Assembly: GCA_963708405.1 (NCBI GenBank)
Contig: CAVPSL010000002.1
Location: 426,959-490,958, forward strand
Direction of reading: 5' to 3'
DNA: 64,000 nt
DNA from: an uncultured Actinomycetes bacterium
GTDB lineage: Bacteria; Actinomycetota; Thermoleophilia; Solirubrobacterales; 70-9
Position numbers and translations under genes: made by a program. Below, in pieces: positions 45,645 through 54,109 of the stretch. Numbering within the stretch: the first letter of the stretch is position 1; the number at the start of each line of letters is the position of its first letter. The notes below the pieces were generated by a model. It saw only the letters and a program-made list of their open reading frames with translations. It was not told the origin of the DNA and searched no databases.

Positions 45645-46732
45645 ACTGGATCTACATCTTCCTCGGCTTCTGCCTGCTGATCATGCTGCACGAGGCGGGC
45701 CACTTCTTCGCCGCCAAGGCGACGGGGATGCGGGTCGAGCGCTTCTTCCTCTTCTTCGGGCCGACGATCTGGTCGTTCAAGCGCGGCGAGACCGAGTACG
45801 GCGTCAAAGCGATCCCGCTCGGCGGCTACGTGAAGATCAGCGGCATGACCCCGGAAGAGGAGCTTCCGCCGGAGGTCGCCCACCGGGCCTACTACCGACA
45901 GAAGGTGTGGAAGCGGATCGTCGTGATCGCCGCCGGCCCGGCAGTGAACATCGTCCTCGCTTTCCTGATTTTTCTCGGCGTCTACTTCTTCGCCGCCCAG
46001 AAAGTGGACCAGACGGTGGGCGAAATTCGCCCCGGCACCCCGGCTGCCAAGGTACTGCAGCCGGGCGACCGGATCGTCGCCGTCGACGGCAAGAGCTTCA
46101 AAGGAATGCCGGTCGAAGAGCGCCTGACCCACTTCGGCGAAGCCGTCGCAGCCCACAAATGCGCCGGCAAGCAGGTCCAGGGCTGCACCTCCTCGACGCC
46201 GGTGCGCCTCGCCATCGCCCGCGACGGCCAGGTGCGGACGCTGACGGTCTGGCCCGAATACAGCGCTGAAAACAAACGGGCCCTGATCGGCTTCTCCTAC
46301 GGCTCGGAAGGGATCTCTGTTAGCCCCGGCGCGGCCGCCGACCGCTCGCTCGATTCGATGTGGATGATCACCAGCAAGACGGCCTCGATCTTCGGCCACA
46401 TCTTCGAATCCGAGCAGCGCAAGCAGATCTCCGGGATCGTCGGCACCAGCGACGTCGCCAACCAGACGATCGACGTTGGTCTCTCGCAGGCGCTGCTGCT
46501 GCTCGCCGTCGTCAGCCTCTCCCTGGGGCTGATCAACCTGCTGCCGATCCTGCCGCTCGACGGGGGGCACATCTTCTGGGCACTGGTCGAGAAACTGCGC
46601 GGCCGCCCGGTCTCCCTGCGGGTGATGGAGCGGGCCAGCATGGTCGGCTTCGCCCTCGTCGCGATGCTCTTCTTCATCGGCCTCAGCAATGACATCGGCC
46701 GCCTAACCGGCGAAGGCTTCAAAGTCCGCTAG
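45641..46732 (+). CDS. Site-2 (M50) zinc metalloprotease, RseP-like, single PDZ
   Basis: HEAGHFFAAK (HExxH) in TM1, a PDZ-like segment (PAAKVLQPGDRIVAVDG), and the distal NLLPILPLDGGH motif. Confidence 0.85.
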   Translation: MNWIYIFLGFCLLIMLHEAGHFFAAKATGMRVERFFLFFGPTIWSFKRGETEYGVKAIPLGGYVKISGMTPEEELPPEVAHRAYYRQKVWKRIVVIAAGPAVNIVLAFLIFLGVYFFAAQKVDQTVGEIRPGTPAAKVLQPGDRIVAVDGKSFKGMPVEERLTHFGEAVAAHKCAGKQVQGCTSSTPVRLAIARDGQVRTLTVWPEYSAENKRALIGFSYGSEGISVSPGAAADRSLDSMWMITSKTASIFGHIFESEQRKQISGIVGTSDVANQTIDVGLSQALLLLAVVSLSLGLINLLPILPLDGGHIFWALVEKLRGRPVSLRVMERASMVGFALVAMLFFIGLSNDIGRLTGEGFKVR

Positions 46733-46766
46733 CCGGACCGCCGAGCCCGCCAGATACCCTTCGCAT

Positions 46767-48023
46767 ATGGCTTCCAAGCGCCAGATATTCGTCGGCAAGG
46801 TGCCAATCGGGGGAGGAGCCCCGGTGGCGGTGCAGACGATGACGAAGACCGAGACCGCGAATTTGGCGGCGACGATGGAGCAGATCCGCAAGGTTGCTGA
46901 CGCAGGGGCGGACATCGTTCGCTGCGCGGTGCCACGGGAGCAGGACGCGGAGGCGCTGAAGACGATCGTCAAGGAATCGCCGATTCCGGTGATCGCCGAC
47001 ATCCACTTCAACCACACGCTGGCGCTGAAAGCGATCGACGCCGGCGCCCACTGCATCCGCCTCAACCCGGGCAACATCGGTGGCCGCGACAAAGTCGCCG
47101 AGGTGGCCGAGAAGGCGACCGTGGCCGGGGTGCCGATGCGGATCGGGGTCAACTCCGGCTCGCTGCCCAAACACCTGCACGCGCTCGAGCGCGAGAGCCC
47201 GGTCGAGGCGCTAGTCGCCGCCGCGGTTGAGTTCGTCGAACTGATGGAGGGGCTCGACTTCGAGAACTTCAAGGTCTCGATCAAGTCGACCAACGTGCCC
47301 TACACGATTGCCGCCAACCGCCTGCTCTCCGAGAAGATCCCCTACCCGCTGCACCTTGGCGTCACCGAGGCGGGGACGAAATGGGGGGGATCGCTGAAAT
47401 CGGCGGTGGGGCTGGGGACGCTCTTGGCCGACGGGATCGGCGACACGATCCGGATCAGCCTCTCGACCTTCCACGCCGAGGAGGAGGTCAAGGTCGCCTG
47501 GGAGATACTCAAGGCGTTGCAGCTTCGCGAGCGTGGCCCGGTGCTGATCGCCTGCCCGACCTGCGGCCGCCTGCAGTTCGACATGGACTCGGTCGTGGCC
47601 GAAATCGAGCAGCGCCTGGAGGGCTACGAGGAGCCGGTCGAGGTGGCGGTGCTGGGTTGCGCGGTCAACGGCATCGGCGAGGCCAGCCACGCCGACTTCG
47701 GCATCGCCGGCGCCAAGAACGAGGGCCTGATCTTCGCCGGCGGCAAACCGCTGCGCAAGGTGCCACAGGCGCAGCTCGTCGACACCCTCTTCGAAGAGAT
47801 CGACAAATCGCTCGACCGCGGGGGTGAGGTCGAGTTCGACGAGGCCGAGTCGCAGGAGGGGGCCGAGTGGGTGGCCAACATCGAGCGCGAAAACGTCGGC
47901 GACCTGACCCCGGAGAAGATCGCCCAGATGGAGAAGGAAGCGGTCGAACGGGGCGAGTCGGACAAAGTGTTGCTTGACGAGGAGCAGTCGCCGACCGCCG
48001 GCCGCCGCTTCACCCGCGCCTGA
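46767..48023 (+). CDS. ispG: 4-hydroxy-3-methylbut-2-en-1-yl diphosphate synthase
   Basis: V.IGGGAPV.VQTMT.T......T..QI..L...GADIVR.AVP......IPVIADIHF.....IRLNPGNIG......CPTCGR......AVLGCAVNGIGEA. TACCCT lies 6 nt upstream of the ATG. Confidence 0.95.
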   Translation: MASKRQIFVGKVPIGGGAPVAVQTMTKTETANLAATMEQIRKVADAGADIVRCAVPREQDAEALKTIVKESPIPVIADIHFNHTLALKAIDAGAHCIRLNPGNIGGRDKVAEVAEKATVAGVPMRIGVNSGSLPKHLHALERESPVEALVAAAVEFVELMEGLDFENFKVSIKSTNVPYTIAANRLLSEKIPYPLHLGVTEAGTKWGGSLKSAVGLGTLLADGIGDTIRISLSTFHAEEEVKVAWEILKALQLRERGPVLIACPTCGRLQFDMDSVVAEIEQRLEGYEEPVEVAVLGCAVNGIGEASHADFGIAGAKNEGLIFAGGKPLRKVPQAQLVDTLFEEIDKSLDRGGEVEFDEAESQEGAEWVANIERENVGDLTPEKIAQMEKEAVERGESDKVLLDEEQSPTAGRRFTRA

Positions 48024-48024
48024 A

Positions 48025-48043
48025 CTGGGGGAAAAGCCCCCAG
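48025..48043 (+). terminator. Hairpin CTGGGGG-AAAAG-CCCCCAG just after the ispG stop (possible I-shaped terminator; no U-tract)
   Basis: 7-bp perfect stem read from the sequence. Confidence 0.3.
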
Positions 48044-48081
48044 CCCTGGGGCGACTCGAAAATTCGCCGCTGATTCACGGC

Positions 48082-48087
48082 TAGAGT
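48082..48087 (+). promoter_or_regulatory. -10-like hexamer TAGAGT exactly 7 nt upstream of GTG 48095 (leaderless-type promoter candidate)
   Basis: It has the same TANNNT-N7-start geometry. This favours GTG 48095 over GTG 48086 as the start. Confidence 0.35.
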
Positions 48088-48094
48088 GCCGGCC

Positions 48095-49762
48095 GTGTCT
48101 GGGAGGCTCGTCCGCTTCTTCGCCGCTGCTGCGGCCCTTGCCGCGCTGGCCCCGGTGGCCGCGCGCGCCGCGACGCCGGAATACTTCCCGCTGCCGGAAT
48201 CGCGACCGATCCAGGCCGGCATGGTCGCCGACTCCAGCGGCAACATCTGGTTTGGCGCCAACAGCGCCAGCTCTTTCACCGAACCCCCCGAGCTGGCCCG
48301 TCTGACGCCCGCCCTGGCGGCGCCGAACACCTCCAGCGGCATCTCCTACTTCCACACCCCGAAAGCGAGCGGCGAAGGCTGCTGCGCCTTCCTAATCCGC
48401 GACCTCGCCTTCGATCCCGAAAACCAGCGGCTCTGGTTCACCCGCAGCATGGGCGTCTACGGCTACGGCAACGTCGCCGCGATGTCGCCCGGCACCAGCA
48501 ACGGCCTACAGGTGGCGATCACGCCGGGGGCTCCCGATCTCGGAGGCATCGCGATCGCGCCCCACGGCACCGCCTGGTTCGCCGAGAACGGCTCCAGCAA
48601 CGTCGGCCCCGCCTATACCGGCAACCGGATCGCCAGCACCGACGGCTCCCTGCTGATCAACGAGCTGCCCGATCTCTGGCACCAGACCGGCGTGCCGGCG
48701 GACTCGACCCGTTACGACGCCAAGCCCGCCGGCGTCACCATCGACCAGGACGGCCTCCCTTGGTTCGCCGAGGAAAACCCCGGCAATCCCGGCTACCGCC
48801 TAGCCAAGGCGGCCGGCGGCCTGTACGAGGAGTACCAGGTCAAGCCCTGCGAACCGACCGGCACCTGCTCGGGCTCCTTCACCGGTACCGGCGTGGTCAG
48901 CGTCGCCACCGGCCCCGAAGGCTCGATCTGGTTCACCAACGTGCTCAAGAACACCTTCGGCAAGTTCGATCCCCACACCTCGACCTTCACTCAGTACCCC
49001 CTCACCTCGGTTGACCCGGCGCTCTCCGGCGGGTCGCCGCGGGTGATCCGCACCGCCCCGGACGGCACCCTCTGGCTGGCCGAGTACGGCGGCATCTCGT
49101 TCCCGAACGCAAACGCGATTGTCCGCATCGTTCCCACCGACCCGCCGACCGCGACCGCCTACAAGCTCGGCGCCGAAAAAGCGCCGCTCTCGGTCGCGCC
49201 GGACGCCAGCGGCAACGTCTGGTTCGGGATCGGCGGCGCCTCGAGCAGCTCCGTCGGCCGGCTGGCCGGGGTGCTCGGCGAAACCGTGCAGCCGACCGAC
49301 CCCGGCGGCGGTTCGTCCGGGAGCGGGGGGTCCGGCGGCGGCTCCGGCAGCGCCGCCCCGAAGCCGGCCCCCGGCGCCACCGTGGTCAAGCCCTCCGGCA
49401 GCGGCTTTGCCCGGGTCAACGATCCGGAACTGCGCCCCGGCGCCGTGCGCCTGACCCAGATCTGCGTCGGCCCGCCGCAGGACGTCTGCAGCCTCGTCTA
49501 TCTGCTCGACAGCCACGAATACGTGAGCGGCTTCCCGGGCACGAAACCGCGGCCACGGCTGACCAAGCGCGTCGTCGTCGGCAGCAAGACCGTGACTCTC
49601 GCCGGCGGCCAGTCGACGACGGTGACGATCAAGCTAAACGCCAAGGGCAAGGCGATCCTCAAGCGCGACGGCGTTCTTCATCTCACCTTCCACGCCACGC
49701 AGAAGGCTGGCAAGGGCAAGCCGAAGGTCCTCAAGACCAAGAAGCTGACCCTGAAGAAGTAG
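48095..49762 (+). CDS. Secreted beta-propeller repeat protein (Vgb / streptogramin-lyase-like COG4257 repeats) with Gly/Ser linker and basic C-terminal domain
   Basis: Signal peptide (AAAAALAALAPVAARA|ATP). Recurring blades SGNIWFGAN, LWFTRS, GTAWFAENG, GLPWFAEENPG, GSIWFTNV, GTLWLAEYG and GNVWFGIG. Confidence 0.6.
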   Translation: MSGRLVRFFAAAAALAALAPVAARAATPEYFPLPESRPIQAGMVADSSGNIWFGANSASSFTEPPELARLTPALAAPNTSSGISYFHTPKASGEGCCAFLIRDLAFDPENQRLWFTRSMGVYGYGNVAAMSPGTSNGLQVAITPGAPDLGGIAIAPHGTAWFAENGSSNVGPAYTGNRIASTDGSLLINELPDLWHQTGVPADSTRYDAKPAGVTIDQDGLPWFAEENPGNPGYRLAKAAGGLYEEYQVKPCEPTGTCSGSFTGTGVVSVATGPEGSIWFTNVLKNTFGKFDPHTSTFTQYPLTSVDPALSGGSPRVIRTAPDGTLWLAEYGGISFPNANAIVRIVPTDPPTATAYKLGAEKAPLSVAPDASGNVWFGIGGASSSSVGRLAGVLGETVQPTDPGGGSSGSGGSGGGSGSAAPKPAPGATVVKPSGSGFARVNDPELRPGAVRLTQICVGPPQDVCSLVYLLDSHEYVSGFPGTKPRPRLTKRVVVGSKTVTLAGGQSTTVTIKLNAKGKAILKRDGVLHLTFHATQKAGKGKPKVLKTKKLTLKK

Positions 49763-49788
49763 CGGCGGCGCCGAGGGCTCGCCGCCGC
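49762..49788 (+). terminator. Hairpin GCGGCGGCG-N9-CGCCGCCGC overlapping the stop codon (possible terminator; no U-tract)
   Basis: 9-bp perfect GC stem read from the sequence. Confidence 0.3.
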
Positions 49789-49820
49789 CCGGCCCCCCGC
49801 GCGATATAACCGACCCCGCC

Positions 49821-51338
49821 GTGGCCCCGAAGAATGCGATCTCGCCCTCGCGCGCCGAGGACTTCCCCGCCTGGTTCCAGGCGGTGGTGAAAGAGGCCGA
49901 GGTCGCCGAACTCGCGCACGTGCGCGGCTCGATGGTGATCCGGCCCTGGGGCTACGCGACCTGGGAGCTGATGCAGCGCGGCCTCGACGAGGCGATCAAG
50001 GCGACCGGCGCCCAGAACGCCTACTTCCCGCTCTTTATCCCGCTCAGCTACTTCGAGGAGGAGGCCGAGCACGTCGAGGGCTTCGCCAAGGAGATGGCGG
50101 TCGTCACCCACCACCGGCTCGAGGCCGACCCCTCGGCGCCGGGCAAACTGAAGCCGGCAGGGCAACTGGCTGAGCCGCTGATCGTGCGGCCGACCTCGGA
50201 GACGGTGATCGGCAAGTCCTTCGCCAAATGGATCGACTCTTACCGCGACCTGCCGCTGATGATCAACCAGTGGGCCAACGTGGTGCGCTGGGAGATGCGG
50301 CCGCGGGTGCTGCTGCGGACCACCGAGTTCCTCTGGCAGGAGGGCCACACCGCCCACGCGACCGAGGCCGGGGCGCGCGAGGAGACCTTACGGATGCTCG
50401 AGGTCTACCGCGACTTCGCCGAGACCTTTCTGGCGATGCCGGTTGTGACCGGCGAGAAGCCGGCGGAAGAGCGCTTCCCGGGCGCCGTCAGCAGCCTCTC
50501 GATCGAGGCGATGATGCAGGACGGCAAGGCCCTGCAGGCCGGCACCTCCCACTACCTGGGCCAGGGCTTCGCCGAGGCGGCCGAAATCCGCTTCCTCGAC
50601 CGCGACGGCGAGAGCAAGCTCGTCCACACCTCCTCCTGGGGCGTCTCGACCCGCCTGCTCGGCGCCCTGGTGATGTCGCACTCCGACGACGACGGCCTGC
50701 GGCTGCCACCGCGGGTGGCGCCGCAGCAGGTCGTTGTGGTGCCGATCCTGCGCGGCGACTCCGCCGACGCCGTGCAGGCCTACGCCGAGGAGCTGGCGGC
50801 TGAGATCGGCAGCCAGAGCTACGCGGGCTCGCCGGTGCGCGTTTTCGCCGATCTGCGCGACCGCGAGGCGCCGGCGAAGCGCTGGGAGTGGGTCCGCAAG
50901 GGCGTGCCGCTGGTGCTCGAAGTCGGCCCGCGCGACCTCGAGCAGAAGGCGGTGATGATGCGCCGCCGCGATAGCGAGGAGCCGAAAGGCGAGTCGGTCC
51001 TGCGCGGTGAGATCGCCGCCCGCATGCCGGCGCTGCTGGAGGAGATCCAGGCCGGCTACCTGGCCGCCGCCGGGGAGCGGCTGGGGGCGCGGACCGCACG
51101 CGACATCGACAACGTGGATGATTTCCGGCGATGGTTCGAGGGCGACGACGGCGATCCCAACAGCGGCGGCTTTGTGCGGGCGCCCTGGAGCGAGGCACCG
51201 GAGTCCGCCGCGATCATCGAGGAGCTGAAGGTCTCGGTCCGCTGCATCCCCTTCGACCAGCAACTGCCGAGTGGCGCCGCCTGTGTGCTCACCGGCAAGC
51301 CGGCGACGGTCGAAGCCGTCTTCGCCAAGGCCTACTGA
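49821..51338 (+). CDS. proS: Proline--tRNA ligase, archaeal/eukaryote-like architecture (no INS editing domain)
   Basis: 505 aa. FPAWFQAVVKEAEVAELAHVRGSMVIRPWGYATWE......NAYFPLFIP. The C-terminal extension ends ...VRCIPFDQ...GAACVLTGKPATVEAVFAKAY*. Confidence 0.93.
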   Translation: MAPKNAISPSRAEDFPAWFQAVVKEAEVAELAHVRGSMVIRPWGYATWELMQRGLDEAIKATGAQNAYFPLFIPLSYFEEEAEHVEGFAKEMAVVTHHRLEADPSAPGKLKPAGQLAEPLIVRPTSETVIGKSFAKWIDSYRDLPLMINQWANVVRWEMRPRVLLRTTEFLWQEGHTAHATEAGAREETLRMLEVYRDFAETFLAMPVVTGEKPAEERFPGAVSSLSIEAMMQDGKALQAGTSHYLGQGFAEAAEIRFLDRDGESKLVHTSSWGVSTRLLGALVMSHSDDDGLRLPPRVAPQQVVVVPILRGDSADAVQAYAEELAAEIGSQSYAGSPVRVFADLRDREAPAKRWEWVRKGVPLVLEVGPRDLEQKAVMMRRRDSEEPKGESVLRGEIAARMPALLEEIQAGYLAAAGERLGARTARDIDNVDDFRRWFEGDDGDPNSGGFVRAPWSEAPESAAIIEELKVSVRCIPFDQQLPSGAACVLTGKPATVEAVFAKAY

Positions 51339-51378
51339 GCGGCACCCCGGCGCGCCGCCGAGGGGCGGCGCCGAGCCG

Positions 51379-52017
51379 ATGACCGACGCCGCCCCCTTCG
51401 GCCGCGGCCGCGTGCGCCGCCTCTTCGGCCTCGACCGCACCGGCTCCAAACCGCGCCAGACGCGCGAGGGCGAGCCGCTGAACCCGTGGACGATCCCCAA
51501 CCTGGTCGGCTATCTCCGCCTGGCCGGGATCCCCGTCTTCCTCTACCTCGCCTACTCCTCCGGCGACGGCCGCACGGTCGCCTCGGCGGCGCTGTTCTGG
51601 CTGATCGCCGCCGGCGACTACGTGGACGGCTTCCTGGCCCGCGTTACCGGCCAGTACAGCCGCCTGGGGGCGCTGATGGACCCGCTGATTGACCGCCTGA
51701 CGATCCTCGCCGGCGCTGCCGTCTGCTGGAGCTTCGAGCTGCTGCCGCGCTGGGCGCTGGCGCTGCTCGCCCTGCGCGAGGTGGCGATGCTGATCCTTGC
51801 CCAGTACGGCCTGCGCCACGGTGTCGACGTCGAAGTCAACTGGCCGGGGCGGATCTCGGTCTTCCCGATCATGGGCGGGATCTTCTTCGCCCTCGTCTTC
51901 GCCGGCTGGGTGCCGACGGCGCTCCTGCTCGTCGGCATCGCCCTGGCGATCATCGCCACCGTGCTTTACGCACGGACCGGGATCCGCGCCGTGCGGGCAG
52001 CCCGTGCTGCAAGCTAA
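51379..52017 (+). CDS. pgsA: CDP-alcohol phosphatidyltransferase (PgsA-like)
   Basis: The signature is DYVDGFLARVTGQYSRLGALMDPLIDRL, matching D(x)2DG(x)2AR(x)8G(x)3D(x)3D. The protein has multiple TM spans. ATG 51379 was chosen as the start. Confidence 0.85.
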   Translation: MTDAAPFGRGRVRRLFGLDRTGSKPRQTREGEPLNPWTIPNLVGYLRLAGIPVFLYLAYSSGDGRTVASAALFWLIAAGDYVDGFLARVTGQYSRLGALMDPLIDRLTILAGAAVCWSFELLPRWALALLALREVAMLILAQYGLRHGVDVEVNWPGRISVFPIMGGIFFALVFAGWVPTALLLVGIALAIIATVLYARTGIRAVRAARAAS

Positions 52018-52059
52018 GCGTCAAATCGACCCTAACCTTCAACCTGGAGTTGAACCTTG

Positions 52060-52401
52060 ATGGACGACCGACCTATAATCGAGCTCCGCGCAAATGGAGG
52101 CGCTAGCGCCTCGGCCCAAAGGAGCGAGATGGAGGACACCTTTCCCGATCTAGGCTCTCTCAGCGACATTGAGCTGAAAGAGATGATCGACAAGCTGATG
52201 GCCGAGGAGAACGAGATCTCCTACAAACGACGCGTCCTTCACGGCAAAATCGACATCCTGCGGGCCGAGCTGGTCAACCGGCTGCGCCAGAAGCGTGAGC
52301 GCGGCGACTCGATCATCTCCGGCTCCGACGTCGAGCAGCTGACCGAGATCCTCGCCGGCAAGGCCAAGGGTGCGCCGCCGGAGGGCGAGTCGGCGGCCTA
52401 A
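52060..52401 (+). CDS. Small coiled-coil protein with a near-match to the RsiG c-di-GMP-binding motif
   Basis: 113 aa from ATG 52060, with GGAG 12 nt upstream. Residues EENEISYKRRVLHGKID fit E-x3-S-x2-R-x3-(H instead of Q)-x3-D, within a predicted long helix (DIELKEMIDKLMAEENEISYKRRVLHGKIDILRAELVNRLRQK). Confidence 0.45.
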   Translation: MDDRPIIELRANGGASASAQRSEMEDTFPDLGSLSDIELKEMIDKLMAEENEISYKRRVLHGKIDILRAELVNRLRQKRERGDSIISGSDVEQLTEILAGKAKGAPPEGESAA

Positions 52402-52420
52402 GCCCCCGACGCAGACGTCA

Positions 52421-52894
52421 ATGGCCGTCCACTGTCCCGAGTGCGGGTTCGCCAACCCCGAGGGCGCCAACTACTGCCAGAAGTGCGGCGCCTACCTGGG
52501 CGGCCCCAGCGAGGGCGGCGAGGAGCCGACGACGATGACCTACAAGGTCGGTGAGACCGGCGACATGCAGCCGGTCGACATCGACGAGGTGGTCGAGGAG
52601 GCGGGCGCAGCGCTGGTGATCCGCGCCGGCGGCGGCCGCGCCGGGGAGAGCTTCAGCATCGAGGACGACCGCGTCAGCATCGGCCGCAGTCCCGACGCCG
52701 GCGTCTTCCTCGACGACGTCACCGTCTCCCGCAACCACGCGCTGCTGGTGCGGCGCCGCGACGGCCTCTACATCGACGACCTCGGCTCGCTCAACGGCAC
52801 CTACGTGAACCGGCGCCGGATCGAGTCCCACCGGCTCGCCGACGGCGACGAGATTCAGGTCGGCAAGTACAAGCTCAGTTACCTGGAGCGCTAA
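52421..52894 (+). CDS. FHA-domain protein with N-terminal zinc ribbon (GarA/OdhI-like module)
   Basis: The zinc ribbon is CPECGFANPEGANYCQKCG. The FHA core is IGRSPDAGVFLDDVTVSRNHALLVRRRDGLYIDDLGSLNGTYVNRRRI. Confidence 0.85.
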   Translation: MAVHCPECGFANPEGANYCQKCGAYLGGPSEGGEEPTTMTYKVGETGDMQPVDIDEVVEEAGAALVIRAGGGRAGESFSIEDDRVSIGRSPDAGVFLDDVTVSRNHALLVRRRDGLYIDDLGSLNGTYVNRRRIESHRLADGDEIQVGKYKLSYLER

Positions 52895-52898
52895 GCAG

Positions 52899-53648
52899 AT
52901 GACCCTCTCCGAGCAACCGACGCGACCGCCGGAATCACCCAGCCGCCCGCGCAAGGCGCTGACGATCGGCGCTGTCTGCAAGATCCTCCAGAACGAGTTC
53001 GACGACGTCTCGATCTCCAAGATCCGTTACCTCGAGGACCAGAAGCTGCTGAACCCGCGCCGTACCTCGGGCGGCTACCGCCTCTACAGCCAGGCCGACG
53101 TCGAACGGCTGCGGACGATCCTGCGGCTGCAGCGCGACGAGTTCCTGCCGCTGCGGGTGATCCGCCAGGAGCTCGCCTCCGGCGGCGACGTCGGCCTCGG
53201 TGACGGCAGCGGTGAGCGACGCGGCGGTGGTGGTTCGGTGCGGCGAGCGATCCTGGTCGACACCTCGCGCGCCCACCTCACCCTCGAGGAGGTGATCGAG
53301 GAGACCGGCGCCCGCGAGGAGCTGATCGCCGAGCTCGAGAACTTCGGCATCGTCCAGCCCGAGAAACGCGAAGGGAAAGCCGTCTACGACGAGACTGACC
53401 GCGAGATCGTCCGCGCCGCCGACGAGCTCTCGCGCTTCGGCGTCGGCGCCCGCAACCTGCGCGTCTTTCGTTCCTCGGCCGACCGCGAGGCGAACCTGCT
53501 GGAAGCGCTGCTGGGCCCGTCGCTGCGCTCGCGCAACCCCGAGCGCCGCAAAGAAGCGCTGCAGAGCCTGGAAAGCCTGGCCGCGACCGTCAGCCACCTC
53601 AAGCACCTGCTCCTGGTCCGGGACCTGCGCCGGCTCGCCGGCGACTAG
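52899..53648 (+). CDS. MerR-family transcriptional regulator (FtsR-like context)
   Basis: LTIGAVCKILQNEFDDVSISKIRYLEDQKLLNPRRTSGGYRLYSQADVERLRTILRLQRDEFLPLRVI. Confidence 0.85.
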   Translation: MTLSEQPTRPPESPSRPRKALTIGAVCKILQNEFDDVSISKIRYLEDQKLLNPRRTSGGYRLYSQADVERLRTILRLQRDEFLPLRVIRQELASGGDVGLGDGSGERRGGGGSVRRAILVDTSRAHLTLEEVIEETGAREELIAELENFGIVQPEKREGKAVYDETDREIVRAADELSRFGVGARNLRVFRSSADREANLLEALLGPSLRSRNPERRKEALQSLESLAATVSHLKHLLLVRDLRRLAGD

Positions 53649-53656
53649 GCGCGCCC

Positions 53657-54109
53657 ATGCCCCGCGTCACCCGCCGACGCACGATCGCGGCCCCGGTCGC
53701 CGAGGTCTGGGAGCTCGTCTCCGATCCCTACAGCCTGCCGCGCTGGTGGCCGCGGGTGAGCCGGGTCGAGAACGTCGACCAGAAGGGCGGCGGCCGTCGC
53801 AGCCAGTGGACCAAGGTGTTGGAGACGGCCGAGGGACGGGGGGTGCGGGCCGACTTCCGCTGCCTCAGCTCGGCCGAGAACGAGCGTTACGTCTGGGAGC
53901 AGCAGCTCGAGGGATCGCCCTTCGCCAAGCACCTGCGCTCCTCCGAAGTCGAGCTGCGGCTGCGACCCGACGGCGAGGGCACCCAGGTCGACCTCACCTC
54001 GACCCAGACCTTGCGCGGCATGTCCCGCCTCGGCTCGCCGATGATGCGCAGCGGCCAGGGCAAGATCCTCGACGAGGCCCTGAATGGGATCGAGGCGGCG
54101 CTGACGTGA
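53657..54109 (+). CDS. SRPBCC (START/polyketide cyclase-like) superfamily protein
   Basis: 150 aa. R.I.APV.EVWELVSDPYSLPRWWP.V pattern typical of SRPBCC ligand-binding proteins. Confidence 0.7.
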   Translation: MPRVTRRRTIAAPVAEVWELVSDPYSLPRWWPRVSRVENVDQKGGGRRSQWTKVLETAEGRGVRADFRCLSSAENERYVWEQQLEGSPFAKHLRSSEVELRLRPDGEGTQVDLTSTQTLRGMSRLGSPMMRSGQGKILDEALNGIEAALT

